Part shown: in pieces, positions 28,696-38,431 of the stretch
Position numbering within the stretch: position 1 is the stretch's first letter
Layout: each line of letters opens with the position of its first letter
Assembly: GCA_000996245.1 (NCBI GenBank)
Contig: LBYP01000003.1
Coordinates: forward strand, 9,509-73,508
Length of the DNA stretch: 64,000 nt
Direction of reading: 5' to 3'
DNA from: Parcubacteria group bacterium GW2011_GWA2_40_23
GTDB taxonomy: Bacteria > Patescibacteriota > Patescibacteriia > UBA11705 > JABHMO01
Position numbers and translations under genes: made by a program
Notes under the pieces: model-generated
Databases searched by the model: none
What the model saw: the letters and a program-made list of their open reading frames with translations, nothing else
Told to the model about the DNA's origin: nothing

Positions 28696-29568
28696 ATGTC
28701 TATTATCAAAAAGCTCGTTATTCCGGTCGCTGGTTATGGCACTAGATTTTTACCAGCCACTAAAGCACAACCAAAAGAGATGCTGCCAATTGTCGATAAA
28801 CCGATCATCCAATATGTAGTCGAAGAGGCAGTTAAATCTGGAATTACAGACGTTATTTTAGTAACCGGAAGTGGTAAACGCGCCGTAGAAGATCATTTTA
28901 GTTATAATTTTGAAATTCAGCATTTTTTAAAAAGTGTTGGCAAAGAAGAAGATAGGGAAGCTTTGAAAAAAATTGCAGACATGGCCAATTTTATTTTTGT
29001 GCGTCAAAAAGGACCTTATGGTAATGGCACTCCAGTCCTGTGTGCCAAAGCTATCATCGGAAATGAGCCCTTTGCTGTTGTTTGGGGTGATGATTTTTGG
29101 CAGTGTCCCAAGGAACCACAAATCAAGCAACTTATGAATGTTTTTGAAAAATATGGCGATCCTGTTTTAACGGCTAAGGACATTTCACGGGCTGATACTA
29201 GCAAGTATGGGGTTATTGATGGTGTTGATTTGGGTAACGGAGTTTTAGAAGTTAAAAAATTGGTTGAAAAACCAGGCCCAGAAAAAGCACCTTCACTCGT
29301 TGGTTCTTTTGGTGGTTATATTTTAACTCCAGATATTTTTGAAGCACTCGAGAATACAAAGCTCGGCAAGGGCGGCGAACTTTGGCTCGTTGATGCGATA
29401 GTTAAGCTTATGAAAAAGCGTCCGGTCTATGCCAAAAAAGTTGTAGGTAAATATTATGATACAGGGTCAAAAATAGGTTATCTTTGCGCGAATGTGGAAT
29501 TTGCGTTGCAACGGCCAGATCTGAAAAAAGATTTCAAAAAATATTTAAAAAGCTTAAATATAAAATAG
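28696..29568 (+). CDS. galU: UTP-glucose-1-phosphate uridylyltransferase
   Basis: VIPVAGYGTRFLPATKAQPKEMLPIVDKP, VEKP, YDTGSKIGYL. Confidence 0.95.
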   Translation: MSIIKKLVIPVAGYGTRFLPATKAQPKEMLPIVDKPIIQYVVEEAVKSGITDVILVTGSGKRAVEDHFSYNFEIQHFLKSVGKEEDREALKKIADMANFIFVRQKGPYGNGTPVLCAKAIIGNEPFAVVWGDDFWQCPKEPQIKQLMNVFEKYGDPVLTAKDISRADTSKYGVIDGVDLGNGVLEVKKLVEKPGPEKAPSLVGSFGGYILTPDIFEALENTKLGKGGELWLVDAIVKLMKKRPVYAKKVVGKYYDTGSKIGYLCANVEFALQRPDLKKDFKKYLKSLNIK

Positions 29569-29569
29569 T

Positions 29570-31009
29570 ATGGTCAAACGAGGGGTTTTTAAAATGGCAT
29601 TAGTGTCTTTGATTGTTTTTGTTCTGCTCGTTACTACTGGTTGCGCTACGAAAGGCGGCACAACGGAAGCCAAAAATGCTTATAAACCGGTTAAATTAGA
29701 ATACTGGAGTGTCTGGAATGATGAAGCTGATGTAACACTTTTGATTAATGCTTATAGAAAAGTTCATCCCAATGTTACTATTAATTATAAAAAATTCCGC
29801 TACGAAGAATATGAACGCGCCTTGCTCGAGGCTATGGCTGAGGATAGGGGGCCAGATGTTTTTTCGATTCATAATACTTGGATGAGAAAATATAAAACAA
29901 GACTTTTGCCAGCACCAACATCAGTTAGTCTCCCCTATAAATATATGTCTGGTTCTATTAAACCAGAAGAAATAGTCGAGTTGCGACCCACCACAATTGT
30001 TTCTGCCAGTAGTGTGGGGAAAACCTTTTTAGATGTTGTTGCTCCTGATGTTGTGATGCCATATAATACTGCCCCAACTACCACGGGAACGAAACCAGTC
30101 TATGAAAATAAGGTTTTTGGTTTGCCACTTAGTGTTGATACCTTAGTTCTCTATTACAATAAAGATTTATTAAACAATGCGGGTATAATTTCTGCTCCAG
30201 CAGATTGGACAGAGTTCCAAAATCAGGTTAAGAAAATTACTAAAATTGATAAGGAAACTGGTGACATTATATTGTCAGGTGCTGCTGTCGGCGCGGCTGA
30301 CAATGTTGTGCGCAGTACCGATATTTTAGCCTTACTCATGATGCAAAATTTAGCACCCATGTTAGATGAAACAGGTAATGCTTCTTTTGATAAAATACCC
30401 AGAGGTTATCCTGAAATAACAATCCCACCAGGCCTGGGCGCACTCGAGTTTTACACTCAGTTTTCTTCGCCTCTTTATGAAGGTTATTGTTGGAATAATA
30501 AAATGCCGAATAGTTTAGAAGCTTTTATTAAAGGCAAAACAGCTTTTTTCTTTGGTTATGCCTATAATCGTGCGGAGATTGTAAGCAAAGCTCCGAAGTT
30601 AAATTTCAGTATCGCGCCGGTGCCACAGGTTAGCGAGGCGCAAAAAGTTAATTATGCTAATTATTGGGTAGAATCTGTTTCTAACAAAACCAAAGTAAAA
30701 GATTATGCTTGGGATTTTGTTAATTTTATCACCCAAGAAGCAAATGTTGAAAAGTATTTAGATCAATCTAAAAAACCAACAGCTCTCCGTTCAACAAAAT
30801 TAATTAACAAGCAATTGGCCAGTCCAGCCACAGAAGTTTTTGCTGATCAATTGTTGACTGCTAAGAGTTGGTATAAAGGCATGAATCCTGAGGCTGCCGA
30901 GCAGGCATTTAAAGAAATGATTAACGTTGTTTTAGATAGTTCGCTTGATACCCAAAAAGCATTGAAACAGGGCGTTGCTAAAGTAGATCAATCAATTTAT
31001 TCAAAATAA
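29570..31009 (+). CDS. extracellular solute-binding lipoprotein (family 1)
   Basis: Lipobox TTGC, GPDVF, GLPLSVDTLVLYYNKDL. Confidence 0.88.
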   Translation: MVKRGVFKMALVSLIVFVLLVTTGCATKGGTTEAKNAYKPVKLEYWSVWNDEADVTLLINAYRKVHPNVTINYKKFRYEEYERALLEAMAEDRGPDVFSIHNTWMRKYKTRLLPAPTSVSLPYKYMSGSIKPEEIVELRPTTIVSASSVGKTFLDVVAPDVVMPYNTAPTTTGTKPVYENKVFGLPLSVDTLVLYYNKDLLNNAGIISAPADWTEFQNQVKKITKIDKETGDIILSGAAVGAADNVVRSTDILALLMMQNLAPMLDETGNASFDKIPRGYPEITIPPGLGALEFYTQFSSPLYEGYCWNNKMPNSLEAFIKGKTAFFFGYAYNRAEIVSKAPKLNFSIAPVPQVSEAQKVNYANYWVESVSNKTKVKDYAWDFVNFITQEANVEKYLDQSKKPTALRSTKLINKQLASPATEVFADQLLTAKSWYKGMNPEAAEQAFKEMINVVLDSSLDTQKALKQGVAKVDQSIYSK

Positions 31010-31011
31010 AT

Positions 31012-31440
31012 ATGCAGAAAACGATTATTGTTGTTGTCCTGAGTCTCTGTGTTTTTTCTTTAGCTACACCGGTTTTTGCTTTCCCCACTTTAGTGCCAGT
31101 TGAATGCTCTGGAGATGCTTTGCTTGATAATCCCTCAACGGCAGAAAAAGAATGTGAACAATGTGACTTGGGAAAAGAATCAGGTCCACAATGTTGTTGT
31201 AATCTTAGCTCTGTTGAACGTATTGCAGTTAATGTCATGCAAATTATTTTGGGCATTGCTGGTTCATTAGCCTTGCTAACATTCGTTGTGGGCGGGGTTT
31301 TGTATATGACCTCTGGCGGTGAACCGGCTAAGGTCAGTAAGGCTACAACAATGTTGAAAACCGCAGTTATTGGTATTGCCATTATTCTTTTATCTGGAAT
31401 TATAATTCAAACACTACTCCGAAAATTAACTGGTACATAA
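31012..31440 (+). CDS. TrbC/VirB2-like pilin (Cys-rich N-terminal part)
   Basis: GGVLYMTSGGEPAKVSKATTMLKTAVIGI. Confidence 0.85.
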   Translation: MQKTIIVVVLSLCVFSLATPVFAFPTLVPVECSGDALLDNPSTAEKECEQCDLGKESGPQCCCNLSSVERIAVNVMQIILGIAGSLALLTFVVGGVLYMTSGGEPAKVSKATTMLKTAVIGIAIILLSGIIIQTLLRKLTGT

Positions 31441-31443
31441 AAT

Positions 31444-31833
31444 ATGAAGAAACTTTTTGTTATTTTTGCACTGATATTTTTATTTTGTTCTTTGGCTACT
31501 GTTGTTTTTGCTGGTGAAAAAGCGGCTATAGATGCGGCTATAGACAAAATAGATGTTGGTTTTGGTTCCGGTATTGTCACGGCCAAAGGGGGCGATCCCA
31601 GCACGGTAACTCAAGAATTAATTGGTAATGCCATCAAAATTCTCCTGGGGATAATGGGTTCTGTTGCTTTGTGCATTTTCATTTACGGTGGTATAATATG
31701 GATGACAGCCGGAGGCACACCGGAGAATATTACTAATGCGCAAAACACAATGATTTGGGCAGCAATAGGTCTATTTGCTATTTTTGCTAGCTACATGATT
31801 ATCAATTTCTTAATAGGTTCACTGACGTTTTAA
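31444..31833 (+). CDS. TrbC/VirB2-like pilin
   Basis: YGGIIWMTAGG..ENITNAQNTMIWAAIGL. Confidence 0.85.
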   Translation: MKKLFVIFALIFLFCSLATVVFAGEKAAIDAAIDKIDVGFGSGIVTAKGGDPSTVTQELIGNAIKILLGIMGSVALCIFIYGGIIWMTAGGTPENITNAQNTMIWAAIGLFAIFASYMIINFLIGSLTF

Positions 31834-31870
31834 CAAGTTTAAATAAAAATTAATAATTAACTTTAAGCAC

Positions 31871-32296
31871 ATGCTAAACGTACAAAAAGTTAAAAACATT
31901 GCTCGCCTAGGTGTTTTTGCTTTGGCTATTTTGACTCTCGTTGTGCCAGTAATTCTTCCGTTTGTTACAGCATCAGCTGCAGTTGAGGATTTCGGACTAT
32001 CAGATGTAAGCACTAGCGCTGGTTTGAAGAATGCTGACCTTAAAGCAACTATTGGTAAATTACTCAAGGTTGCTCTAGGCTTCTTGGGTATTATTGCTGT
32101 CATCATTGTTTTAGTTGGTGGTTTTAAGTACATGACAGCTGGTGGTGCAGAAGAAAAAGTTGGTGATGCTAAGAAGTGGATTGTTTCTGGTATCATTGGT
32201 TTAGCGATCGTTTTGAGCGCCTACGCCATTACTTCTTTCGCACTTACACAATTTACAAAAGCATTAACTGATGCTGGCGCACCTAAGGTTGAGTAA
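31871..32296 (+). CDS. TrbC/VirB2-like pilin (probable major pilin)
   Basis: GGFKYMTAGGAEEKVGDAKKWIVSGIIGL, followed by a stabilising hairpin at 32307-32331. Confidence 0.87.
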   Translation: MLNVQKVKNIARLGVFALAILTLVVPVILPFVTASAAVEDFGLSDVSTSAGLKNADLKATIGKLLKVALGFLGIIAVIIVLVGGFKYMTAGGAEEKVGDAKKWIVSGIIGLAIVLSAYAITSFALTQFTKALTDAGAPKVE

Positions 32297-32373
32297 TTTT
32301 TTAGTTTGTCCCTCGCCTTTAGCGAGGGACATGACACGAGTTAATTAATAAATTTAATTGATTCGTGTCATGT

Positions 32374-32769
32374 ATGAAAAAGACCATTTATTTAAGTATA
32401 ATTTTTATTGCTATATTGACTTTGTTTGCTGCACAAGCAGTTTTTGCAGGTGACCCGCCAGCAGCAGCAAGTACTTTACGCAAAAGTCTCGACACAGCTG
32501 CGACCGAGCCAGGGCTTATTCCAACTAGCGGAGTTACAGACATTCCAAGTATGGTTGGTAAAATAGTGAGTGTGGCCTTGCAATTTGTTTCACTGTTATT
32601 TTTGATAATAATTGTTTACGCTGGTATTCGTTGGATGACGGCCAATGGTGACCCCGGAAAGGTAAAAGAAGCGCGCAGTTGGATGATCCATGCGGCCATA
32701 GGTCTACTTATAACCCTCATGTCTTATCAGGTAGTGGCTTATATAATCGACAAGATTGTAATTCAATAG
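32374..32769 (+). CDS. TrbC/VirB2-like pilin
   Basis: YAGIRWMTANGDPGKVKEARSWMIHAAIGL. Confidence 0.85.
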   Translation: MKKTIYLSIIFIAILTLFAAQAVFAGDPPAAASTLRKSLDTAATEPGLIPTSGVTDIPSMVGKIVSVALQFVSLLFLIIIVYAGIRWMTANGDPGKVKEARSWMIHAAIGLLITLMSYQVVAYIIDKIVIQ

Positions 32770-32788
32770 TGTTAGCCGTATAAAAAGT

Positions 32789-33169
32789 ATGAAAAAGGTT
32801 TTAATTTATTTCTTACTATTATCAGTTTTTTGGTGCGCAGGTGTGGCTTATGTCTCGGCTGCCACAGCGCAAGATATTGCCAAGGGTGGTCTTGATGCTA
32901 CTAATGCTAAGGTGGGGTTAGCGGAAGGCGACCCTGCTACAACTATTGGTGCGGCACTGGGCGTTCTGTTGAACATATTGAGTTTAATATTTTTAATAAT
33001 TTGTGTTTACGCTGGGGTTACGTGGATGACAGCTAGTGGCGAAAAAGATAATATTGCTAAAGCCAGATCCATGTTGATTCAAGGTTCTATAGGTCTTGCA
33101 GTAACGCTTGCAGCTTACGCCTTTACTGCGTTTGTGGTTGATCGTATAAGTACAGCTGTAATAAAATAG
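32789..33169 (+). CDS. TrbC/VirB2-like pilin
   Basis: YAGVTWMTASGEKDNIAKARSML. Confidence 0.85.
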   Translation: MKKVLIYFLLLSVFWCAGVAYVSAATAQDIAKGGLDATNAKVGLAEGDPATTIGAALGVLLNILSLIFLIICVYAGVTWMTASGEKDNIAKARSMLIQGSIGLAVTLAAYAFTAFVVDRISTAVIK

Positions 33170-33173
33170 TGAT

Positions 33174-33596
33174 ATGAAAAACTTTATTTATAATCCACGT
33201 AATTTGAAAATCTTAAGCTTATTATTTATTATTGTTTGTAGTTTTGTTTTTGCTAGTGTTGGTCAGGCGGGGCTCGATTTAAATGGTCCACTAGAAAAGG
33301 CAGGTAAGGGTATTTACGGAGCAGATGCCTTGCCCACAGCAGATCAAATGCCGATTACTATTGGTAAAGTTATTGGAGTAGTTCTTTCCTTAGTTGGTAT
33401 AATTTTGGTAATCATAATCGTTTATGCCGGTTTTACTTGGATGACTGGTGGTGGTGATCCAGAAAAAATTAAAGATGCCAAGAGTTGGATGCTTAATGCC
33501 GTGATTGGTTTGTTGATTTGCCTCGTTGCTTATAGCTTGTCATCTTTCGTGGTGACTAAAATTTTTGAAGCAACAACTGCCACTAAGACACCATGA
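33174..33596 (+). CDS. TrbC/VirB2-like pilin
   Basis: YAGFTWMTGGGDPEKIKDAKSWMLNAVIGL. Confidence 0.85.
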   Translation: MKNFIYNPRNLKILSLLFIIVCSFVFASVGQAGLDLNGPLEKAGKGIYGADALPTADQMPITIGKVIGVVLSLVGIILVIIIVYAGFTWMTGGGDPEKIKDAKSWMLNAVIGLLICLVAYSLSSFVVTKIFEATTATKTP

Positions 33597-34063
33597 AAAA
33601 AATAGGTTTTAAATATTTAATTAATTTTAGTATGATGAAAAAATTCTTCTCTTTGTCATTATTATTGATAATGACAGCCATCCTTGTATCTAATCTTTGG
33701 GTGGTCCCCGCTGTTTCAGCTAGTAATCTTCAATCCAACATACAAGGCAGTATGGACCAGGTGACAAAGGCAGCTGGGTATGGAGATGCTACAACCGGCA
33801 TATCAGATTTGCCAACAATGGTAGGTAATATAATTGGTATTGGTTTAGGTCTCCTTGGTATGGTCATGGTGATAATTATTATTTATTCTGGTTACCTTTG
33901 GATGACTGGTGGTGGTGACCCAGAAAAAATTAAAGATGCTAAGAGTTGGATGTTAAATGCAGTAATTGGTTTAATTATTCTTTTAGCTGCTTATTCGATT
34001 TCAGACTTTGTTATCTTAAAGGTTTTTTGCGCCACAAGCGACAATACTGCTGCTGGTTGCTAG
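33593..34063 (+). CDS. TrbC/VirB2-like pilin
   Basis: YSGYLWMTGGGDPEKIKDAKSWMLNAVIGL. Confidence 0.85.
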   Translation: MKKIGFKYLINFSMMKKFFSLSLLLIMTAILVSNLWVVPAVSASNLQSNIQGSMDQVTKAAGYGDATTGISDLPTMVGNIIGIGLGLLGMVMVIIIIYSGYLWMTGGGDPEKIKDAKSWMLNAVIGLIILLAAYSISDFVILKVFCATSDNTAAGC

Positions 34064-34080
34064 TTCAATTACTTTATTTA

Positions 34081-34118
34081 AAAAGCTCCCCTCCAAGCAT
34101 GGAATAGGGGAGCTTTTT
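34081..34118. terminator. bidirectional terminator
   Basis: aaaagctcccct...aggggagcttttt. Confidence 0.7.
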
Positions 34119-34200
34119 GCTTGCCCAGCAGTCAAACAAAGTTTGTACTGCTGGGTTGTCCGCCAAAGACGGACTATATAAAGGACAATGACTAAAGCAA

Positions 34201-35199
34201 TTATTTCATTAATTTTTTGAATTTTTCTACCAAGTCTACTGGTGCTGGGTCTATCTTATATAATAAGGCCAAGTAATAGGATGTCCAAAGACCCAGTTGT
34301 AGTGTCGTTACTAGTTTATAAAGAGCAGAACCTTTCAACATTTCAATATTTTGCACATTTAACTTTTTGCCTAGCAACTTTGTAAAAATTTGTGTACGTT
34401 TTATATTGCGTGAATGTTCATCTGGATCAGTAATAATGAATGTTTTGTACTTTGTCAGCAAGTGAGTGAAGCCAACCATTTCATTGTGATTCATTTCAGG
34501 AAAAACATTCCAAAAACTTTGTGTCTTGGCATTTTCATTAAAATTTATCTTCCAAACCATAGCCGTGTATTTCCACTTATTCGTTGTGTAGACTAATACA
34601 ACCTTGTCTTTGGCTGCCTTAGCTAGTTTTTGTGCTTTCATTTCGAGAGAACTGACGACTGATTGAGCTTTATTAATGTCTTTAATAAAAGGCTTCTCGT
34701 CTAATTTGATCAATTTGCTGTTTACCAGAACTTTTAGCAAGGCTCCCACGTAAAAGCCATAAGCCATGCGTGGCTGCTTAGCATCAGGGATCTGAATAAA
34801 AGCATATTTTTTCTTGGCAGCTATTTTTTTTAGTTCTCCGGTATGTGCCAAGACTACAATATTTTTTAAACCACGTTTTTCAGCTTCTTTTAAACAAGCC
34901 AGAATTTCTTCAGTATTACCAGAATAGGAATTAAAAAAACCGCACCAAGTTTTGTCGGTTGCTTTTGGCAAAACATAGTCGCGGTTTATTTTTATGGAAG
35001 CGTGAAAATCTATTTTAGCAGTCGAAATGTATGTTTTTAAAAGATTCGCTGGTAAAGCGGAACCGCCCATGCCACAAAACACAATTTTTTTAGTGTCTGT
35101 AGGAATTTTTATGTCGGTAGAATTGTAGCCATCAAGAAATTGTTGTGGCAAGCCGTTGATGATCGCGTGCAGATTTTGGCTATCTAGCTTTTTGGACAT
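34201..35199 (-). CDS. bifunctional phosphoglucose/phosphomannose isomerase (SIS)
   Basis: GMGGSA, SYSGNTEE, NENAK, PEMNHNE. Confidence 0.9.
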   Translation of the reverse strand: MSKKLDSQNLHAIINGLPQQFLDGYNSTDIKIPTDTKKIVFCGMGGSALPANLLKTYISTAKIDFHASIKINRDYVLPKATDKTWCGFFNSYSGNTEEILACLKEAEKRGLKNIVVLAHTGELKKIAAKKKYAFIQIPDAKQPRMAYGFYVGALLKVLVNSKLIKLDEKPFIKDINKAQSVVSSLEMKAQKLAKAAKDKVVLVYTTNKWKYTAMVWKINFNENAKTQSFWNVFPEMNHNEMVGFTHLLTKYKTFIITDPDEHSRNIKRTQIFTKLLGKKLNVQNIEMLKGSALYKLVTTLQLGLWTSYYLALLYKIDPAPVDLVEKFKKLMK

Positions 35200-35327
35200 A
35201 AATTATCAAAACATAAATAAACTTAATATAAACTTATCAGATATTATTAAATGATTCAATTAACTTATACACACGAAGAAGGAAACAAACAATCAATTAA
35301 TCAATAAAACAAAAAGCAAAATCAATG

Positions 35328-35403
35328 GTACGTGTAAGTCGCGACTTACACGTACGGGATTGCTAATCACCCGTAGGTGCAGGTCGCGACCTGCACCTAC
35401 GGG
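35328..35403. repeat. pair of REP palindromes
   Basis: Perfect palindromes gtacgtgtaagtcgcgacttacacgtac and cccgtaggtgcaggtcgcgacctgcacctacggg. Relatives at 9721, 13770 and 61242. Confidence 0.85.
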
Positions 35404-35518
35404 AAGGATGAATCCACTCGCAAAAAGAGCCTTGATTTTATGCCTGAATTTTGGTATGGTGTGAATGTAATTTAGAAGATTCAAAAGGGGTGATTAACTA
35501 TTAATCAGGCTATTTTTT

Positions 35519-36235
35519 ATGTCAGGACACAGCAAATGGGCCACAACCAAAAATGCTAAAGCCGCTGCAGACGCAAAACGTTCTAGTTCGTTTACAAAGC
35601 TTTCAAAAAATATTTCTATTGCCGCTCGCAAGGGGGGTGATCCGGATACAAATTTTTCGCTTCGTCTGGCTATTGATAAGGCCAAAGAAGGTAATATGCC
35701 GAAAGAAAATATTGATCGTGCTATTAAACGAGGAACGGGTGAACTCGAAGGAGCAACATTAGAAGAAGTCATGTATGAGGGTTATGGACCGAGTGGAGTG
35801 GCTGTTCTGGTTGAAGCAGTGACAGATAATAAAAATAGAACTACACCAGAGATCAGATCTCTTTTAACTAGAGCTGGTGGTTCTCTGGGAGCTCAAAATG
35901 CAGTGCAGTGGATGTTTGAACATAAAGGTGTAATACGCGTGAAGAGTGAGCAGATTACTGATAAAGATAATTTTTTATTGTCAGTTATTGATTTTGGTTC
36001 TGAAGATGTAATTGAAGAAGATGGCGGATTTACCGTCCGCTGTGCATTCTCTGATTTTGAAAAAGTAAAACGTGGAATAGAAGCTTTGGGTTTGAAGGTT
36101 GATTATGCGGAAGTTGAATGGGTGGCTAAGGATTTAGTGGAGGCAGCACCGGAAGCGCAAGAAAGTGTGAATTCATTAGTTGACACATTGGAAGCGCAGG
36201 ATGATGTTAATGGAGTCTATACTAATCTTAAATAA
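35519..36235 (+). CDS. yebC: YebC/PmpR family regulator
   Basis: MSGHSKWA, YEGYGPSG, TDNKNRT. Confidence 0.95.
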   Translation: MSGHSKWATTKNAKAAADAKRSSSFTKLSKNISIAARKGGDPDTNFSLRLAIDKAKEGNMPKENIDRAIKRGTGELEGATLEEVMYEGYGPSGVAVLVEAVTDNKNRTTPEIRSLLTRAGGSLGAQNAVQWMFEHKGVIRVKSEQITDKDNFLLSVIDFGSEDVIEEDGGFTVRCAFSDFEKVKRGIEALGLKVDYAEVEWVAKDLVEAAPEAQESVNSLVDTLEAQDDVNGVYTNLK

Positions 36236-36237
36236 GT

Positions 36238-36744
36238 GTGAGTACTAAAAACAAAATTATTCTGGGTATTGATCCAGGATATGGACTCACCGGGTACGGG
36301 CTTATAGTCGTTGCGGGGTCTCGTATTAAAGCTCTTGATTATGGCGTTATCGAAACTTCGAATCAGGATGAATTTCCTGGACGCTTAAAAACTTTACATC
36401 AAGAACTCACTAAAATAATTAAAAAATATAAACCAGACATTGTTGCTGTTGAAGAATTATTTTTTTATAAGAATGTAACAACAGCTATTAAGGTTGGTCA
36501 GGCACGTGGAGTTATTATTCTGTCAGCCGTTTTGGCACACGTACCAGTTGTTGAGTTTACTCCGTTACAGGTTAAGCAAGCCATCTCTAGTTATGGTCGT
36601 GCAGGCAAAAATCAAGTTCAGCAAATGGTCAAAGTGTTTTTATCATTAGATAAAATTCCTAAACCAGATGATGCGGCGGATGCTTTGGCGGTGGCTATTT
36701 GCGCAGCCAATTCAGTCAAGTTTTTGAAAAAGATTAGCCAATAA
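36238..36744 (+). CDS. ruvC: Holliday junction resolvase
   Basis: ILGIDPG, VEELFF, GQARG, PDDAADALAVA. Confidence 0.95.
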   Translation: MSTKNKIILGIDPGYGLTGYGLIVVAGSRIKALDYGVIETSNQDEFPGRLKTLHQELTKIIKKYKPDIVAVEELFFYKNVTTAIKVGQARGVIILSAVLAHVPVVEFTPLQVKQAISSYGRAGKNQVQQMVKVFLSLDKIPKPDDAADALAVAICAANSVKFLKKISQ

Positions 36745-36747
36745 TAT

Positions 36748-37500
36748 ATGCAGATGTTACAGAATATCTCTGGAGGAGTTCGAACCTCATATGGGGTTAA
36801 AAGAGAAGGGAAAACAGAGTTTGTTATTGTGGCTCCGCATGCAGGTGGAGATGATCGTTGTACGGGTAAGATTGCGCGTCTTATTGGAAAACAATTAGAA
36901 GCTGGGATAGTCATTAATAAGTTCTTTTTTAAAAAAACAAATTCACGTGCTGAGAAATTACCAGATAGAGCTATAGATTTTAATCGTTTGTATTGGAGTA
37001 GTCGTCAAGGAAAATATATTTGGAAAAAGCAATTTCCAGCCATGAAAGAGTTTTACACAGACATTGGGAAATTTTGCGATCGAGTAGCAGAAAGAAGTCA
37101 TAAAAAAGCAGTTGCAGTGTATATACATGGAATGAATATCCCTCGTCTAGGAATTGATATCGGAGTAGGTATGAAGGCGAAGGGGAAGGGTTTTAGGTTC
37201 GAAGGTAGTTTAAAAAGTCCCTATTATTGTTCTGGTGTTGCCACTCTTCAACTAAGTCAGGTAAAAAAAATAAAAAAGTTACTTGAGACGGGAATCATGA
37301 ATAAGTATGGTTTGATGGTCGGAGTTGGTAAGCATTATCCGGCCTGGAGTAAGCGCATCGCAGTTCAATTTCATAAAACAGCTGGTAGAGATGATTATGC
37401 CCTTCAACTGGAGATTGATAAGGAGCTTAGAAATAGTCCTGAAGATTTAGTCTATATATCAAATTTAATAAGTGAATCATTAAAAAATACATTTTGTTAA
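36748..37500 (+). CDS. putative N-formylglutamate amidohydrolase-like Zn hydrolase
   Basis: VAPHAG, YIHG, ALQLEI motifs. Confidence 0.5.
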   Translation: MQMLQNISGGVRTSYGVKREGKTEFVIVAPHAGGDDRCTGKIARLIGKQLEAGIVINKFFFKKTNSRAEKLPDRAIDFNRLYWSSRQGKYIWKKQFPAMKEFYTDIGKFCDRVAERSHKKAVAVYIHGMNIPRLGIDIGVGMKAKGKGFRFEGSLKSPYYCSGVATLQLSQVKKIKKLLETGIMNKYGLMVGVGKHYPAWSKRIAVQFHKTAGRDDYALQLEIDKELRNSPEDLVYISNLISESLKNTFC

Positions 37501-37505
37501 TTCCT

Positions 37506-38423
37506 ATGAAAATTCATGCTCTCGTATTCGGTCGTCCTAATAAAATAGGACAAAACACAAAAGCCAACCTTGATTTGTTAAGTGAATCAGCGATTAAACT
37601 TGGTCACACACTAGAAATAATTCATGACTATGATTGTCAGATGGTTTTTGGTAAAAAACCACGACTTTTAATTAAGAATCATAAGCTTGAAAATGTAAAT
37701 GTGTTGATTGTTCGTGCAAACCCGAGTGGGAAAAACTTGGAATTTAGAAGTTCAATTATTAAACAGTTTGAAGTGATTGGCATTCCGGTCATCAATAATG
37801 CCTTGGCTGTCATGTATGCCAAAAACAAAATGAAGACCTTACAGCTTTTGACTAGAAAAAAAGTTCCAATCCCAAAAACATATGTGGTTTTTCATTCCCA
37901 GTATATTGATGATGTTATCGAAGGGATTGGCAAGTTTCCTGTGATTATAAAATCAGTTAGTGGTTCTCATGGCAAGGGCGTTTCTATCGTCGAAAGCAAA
38001 CGTGCTTTAATTTCTATTATTGATATGATTACTAGGGAGGACGCCTCCGAGCCAGTTATTGTTCAAGAATATGTAAAAGAATCAAAGGGTAAGGATATTA
38101 GAGTTTTTATTGTGGGTAAGAATATTGTCGGCGTCATGGAAAGAATTGCCACAAAACGCGGGGAATTCAGATCTAATTTCCATTTGGGTGGTCGCGTGCG
38201 CATTGCAACTTTGACCAAACAGGAAATTGAGATTGCTTTTGCGGCTGTTAATGCTTGTGGACTTGATGTCGCTGGCGTGGATATTATCAGAACTAAAGTC
38301 GGGCCCAAGGTTTTAGAAGTAAATGCAAATCCTGGGTTGGAGGGAATCACCAAAGCGACAGGCAAAGATATTGCTGGCTCAATTATTAAATATGCTGTTA
38401 AAAAAGCACGTGCCAAGAAGTAA
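37506..38423 (+). CDS. rimK: RimK family alpha-L-glutamate ligase
   Basis: NKMKTLQLL, GSHGKGV, QEYV, GKDIRVF, FRSNFHLGG, EVNANPG. Confidence 0.88.
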   Translation: MKIHALVFGRPNKIGQNTKANLDLLSESAIKLGHTLEIIHDYDCQMVFGKKPRLLIKNHKLENVNVLIVRANPSGKNLEFRSSIIKQFEVIGIPVINNALAVMYAKNKMKTLQLLTRKKVPIPKTYVVFHSQYIDDVIEGIGKFPVIIKSVSGSHGKGVSIVESKRALISIIDMITREDASEPVIVQEYVKESKGKDIRVFIVGKNIVGVMERIATKRGEFRSNFHLGGRVRIATLTKQEIEIAFAAVNACGLDVAGVDIIRTKVGPKVLEVNANPGLEGITKATGKDIAGSIIKYAVKKARAKK

Positions 38424-38431
38424 AATAATAT

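Noticed and set aside
33437-33972. DGR template/variable repeat pair in pilins
   Set aside because: Differences are synonymous and not adenine-specific, both copies are coding, and no reverse transcriptase is present.
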